Assembly: GCA_951406725.2 (NCBI GenBank)
Contig: OX597815.1
Span: 55,366,001-55,430,000, forward strand
From: Octopus vulgaris
Lineage: Eukaryota
Reading direction: 5' to 3'
Length of the DNA: 64,000 nt
Shown here piece by piece: positions 53,822 to 64,000 of this stretch (position 1 is the stretch's first letter; the number at the start of each line of letters is the position of its first letter). The position numbers and the translations under genes were made by a program. Under the pieces are notes generated by a model that was not told where the DNA came from, did no database searches, and saw only the letters and a program-made list of their open reading frames with translations.

Positions 53822-54655
53822 GTGTTCAGGACCCTGAAGGAAGATCTATGGCTGGAAAAACGTTTCTTAAAGGAATTTCCCGTCCATTCAATGTATTTCC
53901 TTGGATGCGTGATATTGGTGGCGCCTATTTCTGTTGTTGTTGTTGCTGCTGCCGTTGCTCTCGTCGGTGCCGCTGCAGTTGCTGCTGTTAATGTTGTTGA
54001 TGCTGGAACCAGGGCTGTTGGTGGTTGCGTCGGTAGTGTTGCTGCTCCCGCGTGCGTAGCCGGTGATGCAACTGTTGATGTTATTAATGTTGCCGTTGTT
54101 GCTGTCGTCGATAATGGTGTTGCTGGAGTCGGGGCCGTTGGTGTTGGTGAAGGTGGGGGTGGCGTTGGTAAAGTTATTGCCGGTTATAGAGGAGACGATG
54201 TAGTTGCTAACACTGTAGCCAAAGTTGTTACTATTATTGTTATTATTACTATCTTCCCCGATGGTGAGGGTGCCGTTACTATTGTCAGGGTTACCATTAT
54301 TCGCGTCTATGCCAGTGCCCCCGCTAGGGTCGCTGCTGCTGCTGTTGGTGTTGTCGCTGATATAGTTGGTATCGACACTGGGTCTGTTAATGCTGTTATA
54401 ATCAGGGCTGCGAGGCCTGTCAGTGGTGTGTTGTTATGTCTGCTATTGGGGAAGCTGTTGGTAAGGCTGGTGTTTGAGGTGACATCACTGTGGTCGCTGT
54501 TAGTGATGGTGCCGTTGGGGCTGTAGTCGACACTGTTGTTGGTGTTGCTGTCGTTGACGTCGCTAATGCTGTTCGCTGCGCTGGTAGTGGTGGTATTGTT
54601 GGTTCTGTTGTTGGTTCTACGGCTGCTATATTTTCTGCCGGTGGAATTGGCAGAG
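53822..54655 (-). pseudogene. Possible Penelope-like fragment: Thr/Ala/Pro-rich linker followed by a GIY-YIG remnant
   Basis: Minus translation ...RKYIEWTGNSFKKRFSSHRSSFR resembles the PLE motif YIG.T...FK.R...H..SF; upstream is low-complexity (ACA/GCA)n. Confidence 0.45.
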
Positions 54656-54659
54656 TTCG

Positions 54660-57600
54660 CTCGTGACAGCAGTTACATTTGCCGAATACCTTCGCTAAGC
54701 AGAATGTCTTTGCCACTTGACCCCTCTAACCTTGTCTATTTCACCAAAAGCTAGAATAGAGATAACAGACCCCCAACGAAATCTCTTGATCTCAACACTA
54801 TGTCTATCCTTCTAGCTATTTTTGGATAGTTATAAATACTAGAATTTGGTACGATATCTGGGATTAAAATTAAAAATATCCCCCCCCCACCCGAGATGGA
54901 AATGAATTGGATACTGGCTACACTAATGTACGAGAGGGAGGATAAAATAGACATAATCTAAATAACGAGAGATGCACCGCAAAAGAGGCCAAACACTAGA
55001 AGTCCTGGTGAAAGCCACAATGATCGATTTAGAAAAATTGCCCGAAAAGATATTATTCGGAGAGGATATCGTGTTAACAGTACAGGTGGAGGGGAGGAAG
55101 CTCAGGTGCTTCAAATGTGGAAAAAAGGGGCACCTGGTGTCAAAATGCTCCCCTCCACAAAAGGAAAAAAACCAAGAAAATGAACAAGAGGAAAGTACAG
55201 AGGAGGCGGCACCCCCAGCCACAGAGGAGCGACATCGGTAGTAGAAGAATTGAACTTCGAAACCGTGTCGCGAAAAAGGCTTAAAAAGGTAACGGAGTCA
55301 CTAAATAAAGATGCGGCTCCAAAAAAGAAGGAAAGGAAGAAGATTAACCCGGAGGAAAGAAAAAAGAGGAAAAAATTATTTCATCTAGAAGTGGAAGTAA
55401 CACACAATTTAGAAGAAAGGATAACCGTAATTTTTAAAAATACAATGATGGGGATATTCAAGCCCCATTTAAAGAGTAACATTTTCTGGACAAGTAACCC
55501 TAAAAACCCGAACAGTATAGCGAAAATACCACGAGATCTTTTTATGGACCTAAAAAGCAGGTATCCTAAAGAGATACGTGAACTAACAGACACGCCCAAA
55601 GTGTACCACTCGTCAATGGAACCCACCTAAGAAGAGACGAAGGGGATGGTCTCAGCCTCAGTGGTACTGAGAACGTTCCCCTTGGATTAAGGTATGCAAA
55701 TTTCCTTCTTTTCTTGTTTTTTTTTTTTTTTTGACATGGCTGTACTACGTGTAGGCTGAATGTGCGTGGCCTGAGCTCGAAGTGGAAGCAAGCCTCAGGT
55801 CAGGTAAAACTCATATTATGGTTGCCACAGAGACCAAGCTGGACAAGCTGCAGGCCTTCTCAAACCTCCTAAAAGACTATGAGAAAATCATGTCTCCTAG
55901 TCGGAAAGGAGGAGGGGTGGCGTTATGGTTTTGATCCGAAAATGCTTGGCTCTGCAGACACGTGCAAACTTTGTAGACCCAGAAAGTGATTCGGTCGTTC
56001 TGGATCTGACTTTCAGTGGTAAGACCTTCTGGTTGATCGGCATTTACGCGCCTTGCATAGCGGGCAAACGGAATGAGTTCTACCGACGCCTGGAGGATTT
56101 TCTTGTGACGTCAAAGACAATATTAATGTTAGGAAACTTTAACGCTATTCTAGACGCACGCCTAGATAACGTTGGCTCAACCGGTAGGAAAAGTAACTCA
56201 TGCCTCATCGATCTGCTGAGGCGGTTTAGGCTGGCAGATCGATTCAGACTCGAAAATCCAAGAGTTCTAATGTGGACTTGGAGTAATAACGACGGATCTC
56301 TCAGGTCTTATATAGACAGGATAGTCGTGAATACTAGAGATAGGTCCTCTTTTAGCTGTCCACAGTTTACGTATATACCCTACACGGATCACAAATTGCT
56401 GACGTGTAAGATGCATATAGATAAAGTCTATAGACAGGGATCTGGTTACTGGAAGTTGAACAAGACCCTATTGGCTTGCGAAATATACCGTAACCAGATT
56501 AAGGAGTTAGTCATGAGGGAACTCACCGGTACCATGTTGAATAACCGGTGGTGAGTGGCCCTCAAAAGAGCCATTCGACTTGAGTTTATTAGATTTAGCA
56601 AACAGTTAAGTTTAGAGCAGGTTAGAGTAGAAGAGTCTCTAGTTAAGGCATTAGAAGAGGCGCTGAGAGTGGGCTCTGCACCCCAAGTTTTTGCGGCGAG
56701 ATCGGTCTTGGACCGATACCTCAATGCCAAACACGAAGGTTGCAGGGTCTGGGTTAAAGTACGTGCACTGGGTCGCGAGAGTATCAACGCTGCCGGGTGG
56801 GCTCGCTCGGTAGAAACCCAACGTGGCGTAGATGCTACGATAAGGTCTGTGGTAAATGAACAAGGACAGGAGATCGACGGACAAGAAGAGATGTGTAAGG
56901 CCTTTCAGGAGCATTTCGCTGCGTTGTTCAAGAGGGGCGGGACGCTGGATCATGGGGATGCCCTTCGGGATTTCCTGGCCGGTGGCCCGTGTCTCTTGAC
57001 ACATGAGGCGGAGCGCTATGAAGGGCCGATTACAGCTGTGGAGGTCATAGAGGTGCTTTCCGAGTGTCCCGAGGACAAGTCGCCGGGACTGGATGGTCTT
57101 CCTTACGAATTTTATAAGAGTATGCCAGACTTGTTCGGGAACTTACTGGCCGGTGTATACGCGAACTGGCACCAGAACGGGAGAATTCCCAAATCTGTGA
57201 GCCGGAGAGTAGTGACACTGATCAGGAAGGACCCGAGCAAGGGGAATGACATTAATAACTTTAGACCCATAACTCTGCTAATCACAGAGTTAAAGATTTT
57301 GGCCAAGGTGTTAGCCAAGAGAATGAGGCTTGTCGTGGGCGACCTGGTGGGAGAGGTACACACATGTGCCATCCCAGGCAGGACAATACACAACAACCTT
57401 CACCTCATACGCTACACTACAGAGCGGGTGGGTAAAATTTCTGACAAAGGTGGGGCACTGGTGAATTTAGACCAGTCTAAAGTATTCGATAAGTTTGACC
57501 ATCCGTATCTGGCGGCGGTTTTCCGGTCGGTCGGACTGGGCCCGACTTTCTGTGGATGGATCAATGCTATGTATAGTGACATCGATTCAATCGTCCGGGT

Positions 57601-58750
57601 GAACGGTTTCTTCTCCGCATCAGTGGCTCAAGAGCCAATACATACAGAATCCCTCTCTCCGCTTCTGTATGTATTGGCTCTTGAGCCACTGCTGCGGAGG
57701 TTGGAGGCCACGGGGGGAGACCCGCGTGATCTATGTTATGGTAGGAGCGCGACAGCATATGCGGATGATGTCACCATCATCGTATCGAATGAAGGGCAGT
57801 TACCTCATGTAGAAAACGCCATCAAAAGATGCGAAGCGGTGGCGGGAGCAAAAATTAACCAGAATAAATCAGTCGGCTTGCAACTCGGCACCTGGAGGGG
57901 TAAGCTGATGCCTCCCAACAGCGTCCTGGGACGTTGGACGGAGGGTCCGGTTAAATTGCTCGGGATCTGGTTTGGACCAGACCTCCAGAAAAACTGGAGG
58001 TCACAGGCAAGGTGACGGCCATAACCCAGACTTGGTCTGGGAGGTTGCTATCCTTGCTAGAGAGAGCCGAGATTGCACAGGTATTTATAGCCTCTGTGAT
58101 AACCTACCGCCTAAACGTTGTGCCTTGCCCCGGGGTGTGGCTGACCAAGCTGGAACGGATCCTTTTCCGCCTTTTGTAGAATGGGAAATCAACACTTGTG
58201 AGGCGCTCCATCAGCCACCAGAAACCGTTAAAAGATGGGTTAGGGATACCTTGCCAGTTCGAGAGAAGTTGTCAAAGCATGGTGCTGGTACCCCACCCAT
58301 ATTCCCAAGGTGCGGGCGTGTCAGTGAAACTGTCACGCACGCCTTCGTACATTGTGAGAAACTGAGAGGACTGATAACCTATGTAAAACACCTGATGTCA
58401 GATGCGGAAAGAGTACGGTTATCGACTGAATCTATCATCAAAATTGTGCCGCCCTCCTCCTTTAACAAGGATAAGGAGGCGTCATTTTTTTGCGTAGTAG
58501 CCATATCGAAAGAGATATATAGGTGACGCGTGGAAGAGGAAATGAGACACAACATCCCTCGACTCTATAACTTTCACTAGTTCAATTTCTTTCCTCTTAC
58601 GACATTATGCTATCACTGTCCATGGTTTACTACTACAATAAGAACATGTACCCACATACCGGCCGAAATTCGCTCTTTTTACTTCGTTTGCTTTTCCATT
58701 TACTAATTATACATACCAACCCGTCGTGGTTTTGGATATGTACAAAGTAA
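54660..58750 (+). mobile_element. Tx1/L1-clade LINE relic
   Basis: Decayed ORF1 with CCHC knuckle CFKCGKKGHLVSKC. ORF2 from 55736: NVRGL, ETKL, IYAP, GNFN, YIDR, TDH, GYWKLN, KSPGLDGLPYEFY, FRPITLL, LDQSKVFD, YADD, and a C-terminal Cys/His motif (RC...HAFVHC). Multiple stops and deletions. Confidence 0.88.
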
Positions 58751-59606
58751 GGATCTTTTCCTTTTGAACGGCATATGTAAATACAATTTCTAGTTAACGA
58801 AACACTTTTAAACTTCGTATACTGGTAGAATGTGTTTATAAAACATCATTTTTTCTTGGCTTAATTGAGAAAATTCTATAGTTTGTAACATATTTCCACT
58901 TTAAAATCGAGCATTTCGGCAATTTTAACCAATCAAATACGTCTATTTGGGGTGAAAACATACCGTGCTGTATGAATATGTCCCTCGTTTAAGAAACAGA
59001 TTGGGTTTATTTACATTTGCGAAGAAAAAAAGATACCCTAACCCCACCCCTAACCCTAACCCTAACCATAACCATAACTCTAAACCTAACCCTAAAATAG
59101 ATTGAAATGTAATAAATCGATACTAGGGTTATAATTATGGGTGACAATTTCATACGACACCGCTACGGAAAATGGGATTTTTTCTAGCGGTGTCAAATGA
59201 CAATGTCACCCATAATTATAACCCTAGTATCGATCTATTGCATTTCAATCTGTTTTAGGGTTAGGGTAAGTTAGAGTTAGGGTTAGGGTTAGGGGTGGAG
59301 TTAGGGTTAGGGTTAGGGGTGGGGTTAAGGTATCTCTTTTTCTTCGCAAATGTAAATAAACCCAATCTGTTTCTTAAACAAGGGACATATTCATACAGCA
59401 CGGTATGTTTTCACCCCAAATGGACGTATTAAAATTGCCGAAATGCTCGATTTTAAAGTGGAAATATGTTACAAACTATAGATTTTTCTCAATAAAGCCA
59501 AGAAAAAATGATGTTTTATAAACACATTCTACCAGTATACGAAGTTTAAAAGTGTTTAGTCAACTAGAAATTGTGTTGAAAACTGCCGTTCAAAAGGAAA
59601 AGATCC
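58751..59606. mobile_element. Foldback element, ~410-bp inverted arms with (CCCTAA)n/(TTAGGG)n, 8-bp TSD
   Basis: GGATCTTTTCCTTTTGAACGGCA ... TGCCGTTCAAAAGGAAAAGATCC; CAAAGTAA at 58743-58750 and 59607-59614. Confidence 0.93.
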
Positions 59607-60060
59607 CAAAGTAACAGTAAATAAATATTTCTTGACGACTATCGGTCACTGTTTTTTGTTCATCTTGCACATCTACAACAGCAACACTCGATACAATCGC
59701 TAACTGCCGACTCCAACATATATCGTAATACAAACCGTTACACTGGCAATCAATACCTTAACAATAACCGTTACATATATATAAATATACACTTCGTTTT
59801 TGTATCTGGTTTGCAAGATTCTTTATGTGAATACGTTTGTTGAAGCAAATTTTGTAATATCTGGGGAGAGTCATACTACCTTAATGACTTAATGGAAGAA
59901 AAAGAAATATAAATAATAAATGAGTGGAAATTGAACGGGTGTGTGTGTGTTACATTAAGGCAGTATGATTCTCCAGAGACAACAAATAATATTGAGGTCT
60001 CTTTCTTTCTTTTGTTATCTTACCGTTTTATCAATATATATATATATATATATATATATA

Positions 60061-60185
60061 CACTCACAAGGCTTTGGTCGGCCCGAGGCTATAGTAGAAG
60101 ACACTCGCCCAAGGTGCAATGCAGTTGGACTGAACCTGGCCTCATGTGGTTGGGAAGCAAGCTTCTCACTACACAATCATGCCTT
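60061..60185 (-). mobile_element. OK-like SINE 5' fragment
   Basis: CACTCACAAGGCTTTGGTCGGCCCGAGGCTATAGTAGAAGACAC. Confidence 0.8.
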
Positions 60186-60247
60186 ATGACTACAAAACAA
60201 AATTTAGAATTCTGAAAAAGATAGTGTAATGTGTCAGTGTGTATATA

Positions 60248-60282
<35 letters not shown>

Positions 60283-60789
60283 AAGCACTCACTATTCTTT
60301 TTCACATTAAATTTCGATATAATCGTATCCTAGTCATTTGAAAGGTATTTGTAGAAAATTTTATAATTAAATTCCCAATTTTCCGCAGGTTATGAAGGAA
60401 CAATGCCAACTCGTGTGAATTTTCTGAAACTCTTCTCACCCCTGCTCCTCAGAAAAAATGTTCACAACAAATTCGGATATAATCGTAATTTACACCATCT
60501 GATGCACATGTAGAAAATTTCATTATAAATATCCATTTTCCTGAATGTTATGAAGAAATAAAGTCGGTTGGGGGCACACTTGTGTAAGCATTCCTCTGTG
60601 TGTGTGTGTGTGTGGTTGTGTGTGTGTGCCCGTGCGTGCGTGTTGAACTGTTATTATATCATTCATTATGTTTGTCCAAATAACAATATATTACTAAATA
60701 ACTTACCACTTTGAAAGTTGCGCGACGTTACAAAGATCAATTTCTCGACAAAATACATTTCCATATGTTTATATAGTACGGATTTGTGT

Positions 60790-60990
<201 letters not shown>

Positions 60991-61539
60991 TACGTGTATT
61001 TGTATATTATACTTGTGTATTTGTGTCGTCGATGTAATCGACTTACCCCACGCCCTAAACAAAATTTGAAACCACTATTAATTACTTCAGAATATACTTC
61101 AGTTTGTTAAAATTATTTATTCTCTGTCACGTATTTGACCAATATTTAAACTTCAAACAGTATTTTGTAAATATTACTGATATTATCACAGATTAAGAAA
61201 ATGACAAAAATCTTATTCTAGTCAGGTTTGATCTCATGTAATCACAACTGTTGTTTTACATGTGTTGTGCTTACCAAGGTCAGCTCTGATTCAGCGTTTC
61301 AGCCAGTGGCGAAGCAAGTGTACTCAGCGAACGAGAAACAATTTAAAGAGCGGACTAATTTGGCCAAGTGGAGGAGGGTAGATGTGCTAGTTTGAGGGTC
61401 AGGACGTAAATCGAGACAATGTTTTAGTGCAAGGAGGCCTTCATTGTGTGATTTAACAGTATAGATAAATTTTATATGCGTGTTTGTATATACACAGGTA
61501 AATACGGATACGTATGTTTTCTTTCTCTAATTTTAATTT

Positions 61540-62560
61540 TGACCCGCCACCTGCTTGGTTGTAAAGAGAAGCATCTTATTTGTTCATCATCCTTTAAATC
61601 TTAAGAAAATCTTGCAGACTTTTTATAGTCCCAGATATAGTGATCATTCGTAGAGTATGAATTAGAGTTGCGTTTTCTCCCCCAAGAACTCAAGTTCAAC
61701 TGAACAAACGGTTCAGTACATATCTTGTTACTCCAATAATAATAAATATGATGCTTAACGTGTACAAGATTTGCAAACACCTTATCAATAGTCCATAATT
61801 GTCCTCTTTCACCTGTACTTTTGCTAACCACATAGATGTCTAGAGAGCAGCTGCTTTCCATAACAGAGCCTATCTTTTTCTTATGGTCCCTCACTACACT
61901 ATCTAGCCGGTTGGTTTTTAACTTGGTGACTGTTTAAAATTTTTAAAGTTCTTTTGACCCATCGGTCTCAATATAGTCGACTTTTGTTGGTGTTTTCTTT
62001 ATTCTTATCTTGTTCCAGACTGTGCTGGTCACTGCATCATGCCTCACGGAAAGATAATATGTGGAAAATATTCTCTCGCAATCAGCAGTCTTGGTTTTGT
62101 ACAAGCAACATTTGTTTTGTGTCAATATTTTCTACCTTTTATGCTGCAGGTACATGGTGGAGATCTCTTGTTCTTAAATTGCATGCAGGTAGCCTTCAAA
62201 GTAGGATGTCATAAACTTGTTGGTACTCCATGCCAAGATTTCGATATAATTATCTCATTCTGTGGTTTGTGCCTTTTGTGCCAATTACCCATGCGCTATT
62301 TCCTCAGTGAACTGGTCCATTTTTTTTTATCATTTTGTTCTTTTGATAACAGAATTTACCAATGCTTTTATGGGAAGGATCTATAACAGCTCTTATTTCA
62401 TGCCTCTTCTCTAGTTCATTAGCTATTCCAGTTATGTTATTGATTTCACGGTCGCAAACTTGGGCAAGATAGTTACAGATTTCCCTCCTCTGCATGTGCA
62501 TATATAATCCCGCTATAGGATGGTCATTGACTTTCTAGAGTTCATCCAATCTTTAACAGG
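61540..62560 (-). pseudogene. 3' portion of an R4/Dong-like (REL endonuclease) non-LTR retrotransposon, decayed
   Basis: Minus: NKCCLYK...CERIFSTYYLSVRHDAV (CCHC/RH motif) and NRLDSVVRDHKKKIGSVMESSC (PD..D/E-type motif). Confidence 0.6.
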
Positions 62561-62644
62561 ATTTGCTTTTCCTTTCTCAAGATATTTAACAAAAAAATAT
62601 CTTGCTCACCAATCAGGCTAGATTGGCTTGTCGTTGACGGCTGT

Positions 62645-62800
62645 ACGTAGTATGGCCGAATGGTTAAGCGATTCACTTCAGAATTACGAAATATTAGGTT
62701 CGATCAACTTGCGTGGAATCTTGAGAAAATGTCTTTTATTATAAGCCTCGGGTCGACATAGGCCTTCTAAATGAAACTAGGTAGATGGAAACTTTACGGA
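62645..62800 (+). mobile_element. Degenerate tRNA-derived SINE head
   Basis: TGGCCGAATGGTTAAGCG...GGTTCGATC...AAATGTCTTTTATTATAAGCCTCGGGTCGAC. Confidence 0.55.
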
Positions 62801-63129
62801 AGCTGGTCAGAACGACTGTAATTGTCAATTGAATGTCCAGAATCGTCAAAAGCTGTATCATATTAAATCTGCCTCAAGATTACACAGATCTGTTAAGGAT
62901 GGACAAGTCTGTAGAATCCGCAGTCACATACACATTAATTCACTGAACAAGTAGTTTAGTTAGTCGAACAAATGGAAACTCACGGATAGAAGTCCTGAGA
63001 GAAAGCCATTTATTGATATGCAATGTCAGAAATTCGATAACCAAACACCTGCTATTGGTTAAAACATACATAATACATACATACATACATACATACATAC
63101 ATACATACATACATACATACATACTTACA

Positions 63130-63302
63130 TAGTAGGCTTACAAGTGTATCGTCCACAACATCTTTGCAATGGCTGTCTTCACGCCCACGTTTGGTCATCT
63201 GAACTTGTCACTACAAGAACACAAGTAGATGTTCGAACTCGCAAGTTAGTAAGTGTTAGAGGAGAATTCAACATCAATGGAGATGTAGATAGACAATACA
63301 TC
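63130..63302 (+). pseudogene. R4/Dong-like LINE post-RT fragment interrupted by the Gypsy LTR
   Basis: Translation DVRTRKL...GEFNINGDVDRQYI resembles LD.KTRK.L...H..SDVDRLY. Confidence 0.5.
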
Positions 63303-63508
63303 TGTTATGTGTAGTTTGGGTTCTAATGGGATAGACAACCAAATGAAAACCATTGTTATTGTTTACGTGTTTATTGACTTTTCATGTTACACGGACTCGA
63401 CATTCAGCGTAGTAATACATTATATACTTTACACACAGTTTGTACTATTCACTACAAAATAGTGCCAAGAGTGGGGATGCACGTATACACAGATATGAAT
63501 GTGTAACA
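63303..63508 (-). mobile_element. 3' LTR (~206 bp) of a Gypsy element
   Basis: Minus strand TGTTAC...ATAACA with internal AATAAA, preceded by PPT GAGAAGAAGGGA (63509-63520). Confidence 0.8.
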
Positions 63509-63701
63509 TCCCTTCTTCTCGAAAAAAATATAAAGGGGTCTTTTGGCAGTGAAGACAATTATGAGTAGTCTCCCTTACTCTATGGATTGTCAGCCTGAGG
63601 TGGCAATCCTACAGCAGAAATCGTGAGATTATTCTGCCTCTGCTTTGTAGTCTAGCTGAATTAGTTACTTATCTTTGCATTTTCTTTCTTTTTTTTTTTC
63701 T

Positions 63702-63998
63702 TTAACGGTATCGAACCGGTGGCAGAATGTTCTTTCTCCATCTGGTGGATCTTGTGCTTAGCACCGGTGTCTGAGGTGTGTTGTTGGGCTGATGATATGT
63801 GGTTTGTGCCCGTTGGGGTGATGATTCTGTAGGTGTTGTCACCAATGCAGCAGGTGTTGTACACGTTTTCCTCGACAGCTCTGGTGTTGGGCGGATGTGG
63901 GCCCTGTTGCGTCTCAGCTGCCTACCAGATTCCGTTTCTATTATATACGATCTTGGAGTTTCAGCTCTACTGACAACCTTTGCTGGAATCCATGTTTT
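63702..63998 (-). CDS. C-terminus of a Gypsy (Mag-like) pol polyprotein, running off the window end
   Basis: KTWIPAKVVSRAETPRSYIIETESGRQLRRNRAHIR...RSTRWRKNILPPVRYR*. Open frame, absent from the track because it has no start codon. Confidence 0.85.
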   Translation of the reverse strand, partial: KTWIPAKVVSRAETPRSYIIETESGRQLRRNRAHIRPTPELSRKTCTTPAALVTTPTESSPQRAQTTYHQPNNTPQTPVLSTRSTRWRKNILPPVRYR

Positions 63999-64000
63999 AG

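Noticed and set aside
53765-54526. 253-aa Val/Ala/Gly-rich ORF as a membrane protein
   Set aside because: Low-complexity antisense of a (GCA/ACA)-rich tract with no recognisable domain.
59040-59320. True telomere or chromosome fusion site
   Set aside because: The repeats are short and degenerate and lie inside a TSD-flanked transposon that recurs at 45239-46771.
63661-63864. Track ORF resembling a GIY-YIG start (NVYNTCCIGD)
   Set aside because: The alternative frame is a clear Gypsy pol C-terminus followed by a PPT and an LTR.

Overview
This is a repeat-saturated eukaryotic (animal) window with no recognisable host protein-coding gene. The SINE families, the huge (TA)n/(TACA)n tracts and the TTAGGG repeats resemble an Octopus/cephalopod genome (inference). 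From left to right it contains: a ~387-bp satellite array up to a 100-N gap; two tandem Helitron-like non-autonomous units; three CR1-group LINE copies sitting in TA microsatellites; many tRNA-derived SINEs; an internally deleted hAT/Charlie element; a decayed intronless USP (peptidase C19)-like ORF; CRE-like, R4/Dong-like and Tx1-like LINE relics; a mariner relic; Gypsy-type LTR pieces; foldback/MITE families with 8-bp TSDs and internal telomeric repeats; and Penelope-like palindromic repeats carrying hammerhead ribozyme motifs. The most notable observations are four. (1) A CR1-type LINE whose ORF1 combines a Myb/SANT-like domain with a CCCH zinc finger and overlaps ORF2 at a candidate -1 frameshift site. 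(2) A covarying 3' double hairpin and tail that these LINEs share with the dominant SINE. (3) Three or four type I hammerhead motifs, mostly in fold-back repeats. (4) A decayed deubiquitinase-like cargo ORF. Most long ORFs in the track are microsatellite artefacts. All domain and family calls come from motif recognition by eye, not from database searches.
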